Positions 59,467 to 64,000 of a DNA stretch of 64,000 nt are shown here, piece by piece. The stretch lies in contig JANYKG010000070.1 in NCBI GenBank assembly GCA_025358205.1, positions 13,748-77,747 of the forward strand, read 5' to 3'. The first letter of the stretch is position 1, and every line of letters starts with the position of its first letter. The stretch is from Armatimonadota bacterium (GTDB lineage: Bacteria > Armatimonadota > UBA5829 > DTJY01). The notes beneath the pieces were generated by a model that saw nothing but the letters and a program-made list of their open reading frames with translations, was not told where the DNA came from and made no database searches. The translations under genes and the position numbers were made by a program.

Positions 59467-61967
59467 AGCTTGAGGATCTCCTCCAACTTCTTGACTCACC
59501 AAAGCAGAGCGGTAAGGAGTGGGTAGCACGCTGTCCGGCTCATGATGATAGCAAGGCTTCGCTCAGTGTCACGGAGTCCGATGATGGAAGCAGAATACTC
59601 CTGAAGTGCTTCGCCGGTTGCGAAACTACCGCCATTGTGCAGGCTCTTGGTATCAAGATGCACGATCTATTCACGAAGTCGAAACCTGCCATACTGGAAC
59701 AATCGGAGAACAACCGAGTAGTTGCGGAATATGGATACACCGATGCAGGCGGCTCTTTGCTGTATCAGGTTGTGCGGTATGAACCGAAGGACTTCAGGCA
59801 GAGACAACCGGACGGGAAGGGCGGTTGGTCTTGGAACATGAAGGGCGTTAAGCGAGTCCTATACCGGCTTGTGCAAGTCAATTCGGCGATTGCGGCGGGT
59901 ATGCCTGTCTTCATTGTGGAAGGAGAGAAGGACGTTCATTCCCTGGAGTCCATCGGTCTGACTGCTACCACAAACGCAGGCGGCGCGGCGAAATGGGAAG
60001 CACGCTTCTCGGACTCACTCCAGGGCGCGGATGTTATCATACTGCCGGACAATGACGGCCCGGGCAGGAAACACGCGGAATTAGTTGCTAATGCCCTGTG
60101 CGGCATAGCGAAGAGTGTGCGAGTGTTAGAACTGCCCGGGCTATCGGAGAAGGGAGATGTATCAGACTGGTTAGCGGCAGGCGGAACAGAGGAAGACCTT
60201 CTATCGCTGGTAGAAGCGGCGTCCGAGTGGATACCGACGGCGGCAGAGCAGTGCGAGCATGCGGAGATACCGGGTAGTGCATCGGACGGATACCCGCTCA
60301 CCGATCTCGGCAATGCTGAGCGGCTGATAGCGTGTCATGGTAAAGACCTGCGTTACCATGTGGAAGCGGGCGTATGGCTTGTTTGGAACGGCAAGCAGTG
60401 GGTATCGGACTGCACAGGGCAGGTAGACTTACTCGCACGCGGCGTAGTACGCGGCATGTATGATCTGCTGAAGGAGTGCCGGACAACGGCGGAGAGTGAA
60501 GCTCTCTTCCGGCATATCAGAAGCTCTGAATCCAAGAGCAAGCTTGACGCTATGGTGACGCTTGCAACGAAGTGCGAAGGCATACCCGTGCAGAGTTGCG
60601 ATCTGGACTCAGACAACTGGCTTCTGAACTGCGAGAACGGCACGGTAGACCTTCGGACGGAAAAGCTCAGACCTCACAGGCCGGAAGACCTGCTCACCAA
60701 GCTCTCACCAGTGGTATACGATACGGCGGCGAAGTGTGAGCGGTGGGAACGGTTCCTGCGCGAAGTCTTTCCGGGCGGTGAAGAGAACCATGAATCAGCG
60801 GATGAAGAGCTTGCCGGCTTTGTACGGCGTATGTGTGGATACCTGCTCACGGGCGATACGGGAGAGCAGTGCTTCTTCCTGCTCACGGGCAAAGGCTCCA
60901 ATGGGAAAAGCGTGCTTGTGAATACGCTTATTCACATACTTGGTGACTATGCCAAAGGCACGCCGGTTACAACGTTCCTGGAGAAGCGCGGAGAGAATAG
61001 CTCAGACCTGGCTTCACTTGTTGGAGCGCGGATTGTCACGGCGTCCGAAAGTGAAGGTACGACTTCCTTCAATGAGTCCCTTCTGAAACAGCTTACCGGG
61101 CAGGACGGCATAACGGCGCGGCACTTGTACCAGAACTACTTCACGTTCAAGCCTACGTTTCGGGTGATATTCGCAACGAACGAGGTTCCGCGTATCAAGT
61201 CTCAGAACTACGCCATTAAGCGGAGAGTCAAGCTCTTACCGTTTCGGACGAAGTTCTACTATCCGCACGAACAGAAGTTCCCTGTGCGTGACGAAAGGCT
61301 TACCGACACGCTGAAGGCAGAGGCTTCCGGCATACTGGCTTGGTGTATTCGCGGGTGCGGCGAATGGCAGAAGGAAGGGCTTGGTATGCCCGATGTGATA
61401 CAGGCAGAGGTGGATTCGCTCTTTGAGAATATGGATGTTCTGCTAGACTTCATCGAAGAGGAGTGTGAGATTCATCCACGGTACAGAGTTGAAACCGGCG
61501 AACTGTGGAAGGCGTATCAGGCATGGTGTGAAGCATCCAAGACCAAGCCTGTATTCAAGCGTGCTTCTGACTTCTCACGGAACTTGACCGGCAGGGACAA
61601 TATCGAGAATACTCGCGGCGGTAAGGGTATCCGGTATATCACCGGAATCGGCTTACTTGGCGGTGAATCACGCTCAAAGGTGACGCCGGGTGACGCCAAA
61701 ACGGCTTTTTCGGGAACTCTCCCATATGAGCATAATCCAAAACACTTTCCAGAAAACGCGAATTCGCGTCACCCGGCGTCACCCTACGAGGAAAACGGCG
61801 AAGAAGATAGCGGCGTAGTGGATGACTCAAAGCCGAAATATGACCCGGTAAAGGGTGAATGTTCACACTGTGGAAAGACCTGCAACTTCAAGGCAGGCGG
61901 TGAGTATGCCTGTCCTACATGCATCACGCGGTATACTCCAAGCACGGAAGGAAATGGTAGAATATGA
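59463..61967 (+). CDS. P4-type primase-helicase (Zn-ribbon + TOPRIM primase + D5_N + SF3 helicase)
   Basis: CPAHDD...LKCFAGC zinc ribbon. TOPRIM VFIVEGEKD...ILPDNDGPG. Walker A LTGKGSNGKS. 834 aa. Confidence 0.8.
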   Translation: MKLEDLLQLLDSPKQSGKEWVARCPAHDDSKASLSVTESDDGSRILLKCFAGCETTAIVQALGIKMHDLFTKSKPAILEQSENNRVVAEYGYTDAGGSLLYQVVRYEPKDFRQRQPDGKGGWSWNMKGVKRVLYRLVQVNSAIAAGMPVFIVEGEKDVHSLESIGLTATTNAGGAAKWEARFSDSLQGADVIILPDNDGPGRKHAELVANALCGIAKSVRVLELPGLSEKGDVSDWLAAGGTEEDLLSLVEAASEWIPTAAEQCEHAEIPGSASDGYPLTDLGNAERLIACHGKDLRYHVEAGVWLVWNGKQWVSDCTGQVDLLARGVVRGMYDLLKECRTTAESEALFRHIRSSESKSKLDAMVTLATKCEGIPVQSCDLDSDNWLLNCENGTVDLRTEKLRPHRPEDLLTKLSPVVYDTAAKCERWERFLREVFPGGEENHESADEELAGFVRRMCGYLLTGDTGEQCFFLLTGKGSNGKSVLVNTLIHILGDYAKGTPVTTFLEKRGENSSDLASLVGARIVTASESEGTTSFNESLLKQLTGQDGITARHLYQNYFTFKPTFRVIFATNEVPRIKSQNYAIKRRVKLLPFRTKFYYPHEQKFPVRDERLTDTLKAEASGILAWCIRGCGEWQKEGLGMPDVIQAEVDSLFENMDVLLDFIEEECEIHPRYRVETGELWKAYQAWCEASKTKPVFKRASDFSRNLTGRDNIENTRGGKGIRYITGIGLLGGESRSKVTPGDAKTAFSGTLPYEHNPKHFPENANSRHPASPYEENGEEDSGVVDDSKPKYDPVKGECSHCGKTCNFKAGGEYACPTCITRYTPSTEGNGRI

Positions 61968-62449
61968 CAGAGAAGCACGAAAAACGATATGCCCGGGCAA
62001 TCATCGGACTACTAGAGAAGCCTACCGTGTCAGAGGCGGCGCGGTATGCAGAGGTATCGGAAACAACGCTTTACCGATGGATGAATGATACGGGCTTCCA
62101 GATGCTCTACAGAGCGGCAAGGCGTGACATTGTGAAGCAAGCTGTGGCACGGCTCCAGCGGGCTTGTTCCCGTGCGGTGGATACCTTGCAGGACGTTATG
62201 GAAGACAGCGAGTCTTCTGCATCGGCCCGGGTGACGGCGGCGAAGACGGTGATGGAAATGGCATTCAAAGCGGTAGAGCTTGAAGACCTGGAAGAGCGGG
62301 TAACTGCGCTGGAAGGATTGGGTGATCTTGCGGCCCGGGTGGACGTGCAGGACGTTCCCGAGTTGTCACACTACACAACAGAAGAGCTTTCACAGATAAG
62401 GGCTATACATGAGACAGCAGACGCTCGAAGGGATTCGGCGAGAGGATGA
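61964..62449 (+). CDS. HTH-domain protein of mobile element (terminase-small/regulator-like)
   Basis: EAARYAEVSETTLYRWM HTH. Overlaps the primase stop. Confidence 0.45.
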   Translation: MTEKHEKRYARAIIGLLEKPTVSEAARYAEVSETTLYRWMNDTGFQMLYRAARRDIVKQAVARLQRACSRAVDTLQDVMEDSESSASARVTAAKTVMEMAFKAVELEDLEERVTALEGLGDLAARVDVQDVPELSHYTTEELSQIRAIHETADARRDSARG

Positions 62450-62675
62450 AGAGGCTATGACAATGAAGCTAAGGCGAAGGGTAGAAGAACTGGAGAGACA
62501 GGCGTCGGTAAAGCCTTGCGACCGTGGTATCCACCTGCACGAGGGATGGAAGAATCCGCGTACTGACTGCCGGATATGCAAAGCCATGAGTGAAGAAGAA
62601 TACGCGGCCTATCTGGAGCATGGTGACGGGCGTATGGTTATTGAGATTGTGGAACAAGTTGCACGTGCTGATTAG
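62409..62675 (+). CDS. small hypothetical protein
   Basis: 88 aa. Possible Cys pair (CDRG...CRIC). Confidence 0.3.
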   Translation: MRQQTLEGIRREDEEAMTMKLRRRVEELERQASVKPCDRGIHLHEGWKNPRTDCRICKAMSEEEYAAYLEHGDGRMVIEIVEQVARAD

Positions 62676-62702
62676 CCTGCCGAATCTGCATGATTGAAGG
62701 GC

Positions 62703-62731
62703 TTGACTACCTCACAGGGTTCGGCTATAAT
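62703..62731 (+). promoter_or_regulatory. consensus sigma70 promoter TTGACT-N17-TATAAT upstream of tRNA cluster
   Basis: Perfect -10, near-perfect -35, 17-nt spacer, about 135 nt before tRNA-Leu. Confidence 0.5.
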
Positions 62732-62868
62732 GTGCAAGACAGGACGACACAAGATAGTACGAACCAAGTGCGGTAAGGTGTGAAAACAGAACCTTACTTG
62801 GTATGAGCGAACAAGGGAAAAAGCCGAAAATCGTGCTCAGAAGTGTGGAAAACCTGTTGCCGAAACGC

Positions 62869-62955
62869 GGGGATGTGGCGGAATGGCAGACGCGCTTGGT
62901 TGAGGGCCAAGTGAGCTTAACGCTCGTAAGAGTTCAAATCTCTTCATCCCCACCA
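62869..62955 (+). tRNA. tRNA-Leu (anticodon GAG), type II with long variable arm, CCA encoded
   Basis: Acceptor GGGGATG/CATCCCC. Anticodon stem CTTGG/CCAAG, loop TTGAGGG. T-loop TTCAAAT. Confidence 0.85.
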
Positions 62956-63000
62956 GCTTCCACAATTCGGATTTCGGATTGCGGAATTCGGAGTTTGTTT
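62951..63000. repeat. heptamer-periodic repeat AATTCGGA/TTTCGGA/TTGCGGA/ATTCGGA between tRNA-Leu and tRNA-Val
   Basis: Same NNNCGGA 7-nt periodicity as at 40711, 45492 and 63081. Confidence 0.7.
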
Positions 63001-63002
63001 GT

Positions 63003-63077
63003 CGGGCGATTGGCTCAGCGGGAGAGCACTGCCTTCACACGGCAGGGGTCACTGGTTCGAATCCAGTATCGCCCACC
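63003..63077 (+). tRNA. tRNA-Val (anticodon CAC)
   Basis: Acceptor GGGCGAT/ATCGCCC. Anticodon loop TTCACAC. T-loop TTCGAAT. Confidence 0.85.
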
Positions 63078-63129
63078 ATTTCCAATTCGGAATGCGGAGT
63101 TCGGATTGCGGAATGCAGAGTGGTTTCTT

Positions 63130-63204
63130 GCGGGAGTAGTTCAGCGGTAGAGCACCTGCTTCCCAAGCAGGTTGTCGCGGGTTCGAATCCCGTCTCCCGC
63201 TCCA
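63130..63204 (+). tRNA. tRNA-Gly (anticodon CCC)
   Basis: Acceptor GCGGGAG/CTCCCGC. Anticodon stem CCTGC/GCAGG, loop TTCCCAA. Confidence 0.85.
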
Positions 63205-63228
63205 TTTTTGGTTCGGGCAGAAGTTGGT

Positions 63229-63256
63229 CCGCATTATTCACTTCATGAATAATCGA
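63229..63256. repeat. REP-like element, copy k (single palindromic unit) between tRNA-Gly and tRNA-Cys
   Basis: CCGCATTATTCACTTCATGAATAATCG. Confidence 0.7.
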
Positions 63257-63266
63257 GATTAGTCGG

Positions 63267-63341
63267 GGCGTGATACCCAAGTGGTAAGGGGGAGGTCTGC
63301 AAAACCTTTATTCAGCGGTTCGAATCCGCTTCACGCCTCCA
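63267..63341 (+). tRNA. tRNA-Cys (anticodon GCA)
   Basis: Acceptor GGCGTGA/TCACGCC. Anticodon stem GAGGT/ACCTT, loop CTGCAAA. Confidence 0.8.
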
Positions 63342-63344
63342 ATT

Positions 63345-63605
63345 TCAAATGATGAGTGATGAGTGATACGTGACGGGATCTCATGACGAGTGATGAGTGA
63401 CACGTGACCCGGATTTCGTTGATCTTACTCTTACTCGTGCTCGTGCATCTTACTCGTACTCCTACTGAAAAGCCGTGTGACGGAGTAAGGGGCAGATGGT
63501 TCCAGGTTTTCGGTTGCAGGTTCCGGGTTTCCCATCAACCATGAACCATCCGACCATCTCCTTCCCATGTGACCATCCGACCATTCTCTTCCCCCGACCA
63601 TCTCC
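63345..63605. repeat. low-complexity heptamer-periodic repeats (GATGAGT..., CTTACTC..., GACCATC...)
   Basis: GATGAGTGATGAGTGATACGTGAC...; CTTACTCTTACTCGTGCTCGTGCATCTTACTCGTACTCC; GACCATCCGACCATCTCCTTCCCATGTGACCATCCGACCATTCTCTTCC. Confidence 0.7.
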
Positions 63606-64000
63606 CTAAATCTCCTTCTCCTTCCATCGGCTCCGCTTAAACACCACCAACATCGCCAGCCCGCCAAGCAGACTCGATGAGGACATGGCAGCCCACGCAC
63701 CCCAGGACTGCAGTCCCAGGTGGATCGCCAGATAGTAGGTGAGGGGGATGCGCACGATCCACATGATGAAGATCGTGATCGCGGTCGGCAGGCGGGTTTC
63801 GCCGGCCCCCTGAAGCGCGCCGGTCAGCACCATGGACATCGCGAGGAACGGCTCGGTGATCCCGTTCAGCAGCAGGTAGGCGGCGGCGAGCGGTAGAACA
63901 TGCGGGTCCTGTGTGAACATCCCGGCAAGTGGTCTTGCGAAGACTATGAACACAACGCCGACAGCACCCATCACTATCATGCCCAGGTAGGTTGCAGCCC
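63606..64000 (-). CDS. MATE-family efflux transporter, C-terminal part (gene continues past window end)
   Basis: Hydrophobic TM helices with MATE-like pattern. The upstream start lies outside the window. Confidence 0.55.
   Translation of the reverse strand, partial: AATYLGMIVMGAVGVVFIVFARPLAGMFTQDPHVLPLAAAYLLLNGITEPFLAMSMVLTGALQGAGETRLPTAITIFIMWIVRIPLTYYLAIHLGLQSWGAWAAMSSSSLLGGLAMLVVFKRSRWKEKEI

Noticed and set aside
62869-63341. tRNA cluster as the attachment site of the adjacent island
   Set aside because: The island lies 5' of the tRNA genes. No integrase and no direct repeat of a tRNA 3' end were found within the window. This remains possible only if the att partner lies outside the examined sequence.

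Overview
This is a roughly 64 kb, high-GC (about 60%) bacterial chromosomal segment, and most genes lie on the minus strand. Housekeeping content: infC-rpmI-rplT-pheS-pheT (PheT lacks the usual N-terminal OB tRNA-binding domain), nuoABCD, yacL-ispDF, hpf, an ABC-2 transporter pair, a PfkB kinase, htrA and two MFS transporters. An EmrAB-type efflux operon (TetR regulator, HlyD adaptor, DHA2 MFS pump) is present. A cluster of four tRNAs (Leu-GAG, Val-CAC, Gly-CCC, Cys-GCA) sits at 62.87-63.34 kb. Accessory content: three HD-GYP c-di-GMP phosphodiesterase genes, two in an operon with a small membrane protein and a GT-C glycosyltransferase. There are many secreted carbohydrate-active proteins: two GH-like paralogs, two beta-propeller GH-like proteins, a CBM-GH fusion, a WG-repeat protein and a Tat-signal sulfatase. 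Also present are a YcaQ/AlkZ-like gene flanked by fragments of a GH gene, and two paralogous modules of a small ORF plus an AbiEii-like nucleotidyltransferase, one of them translationally coupled to a secreted S41 peptidase. An ArsR(SdpR-like) regulator carrying a DUF3887-like domain precedes two DUF3887-like alpha/beta-hydrolase lipoproteins and an SdpI-like membrane protein. A lower-GC island at about 54.2-62.7 kb holds a PEP-CTERM protein, an IS256 insertion truncating a cyclase-like gene, an Xis-like HTH, a PD-(D/E)XK-like protein and a P4-type primase-helicase, with no integrase seen. A family of palindromic REP-like intergenic elements occurs at 11 loci, and several families of heptamer-periodic tandem repeats occur, one of them in-frame in the IspD-IspF linker. 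No CRISPR array and no rRNA were seen.
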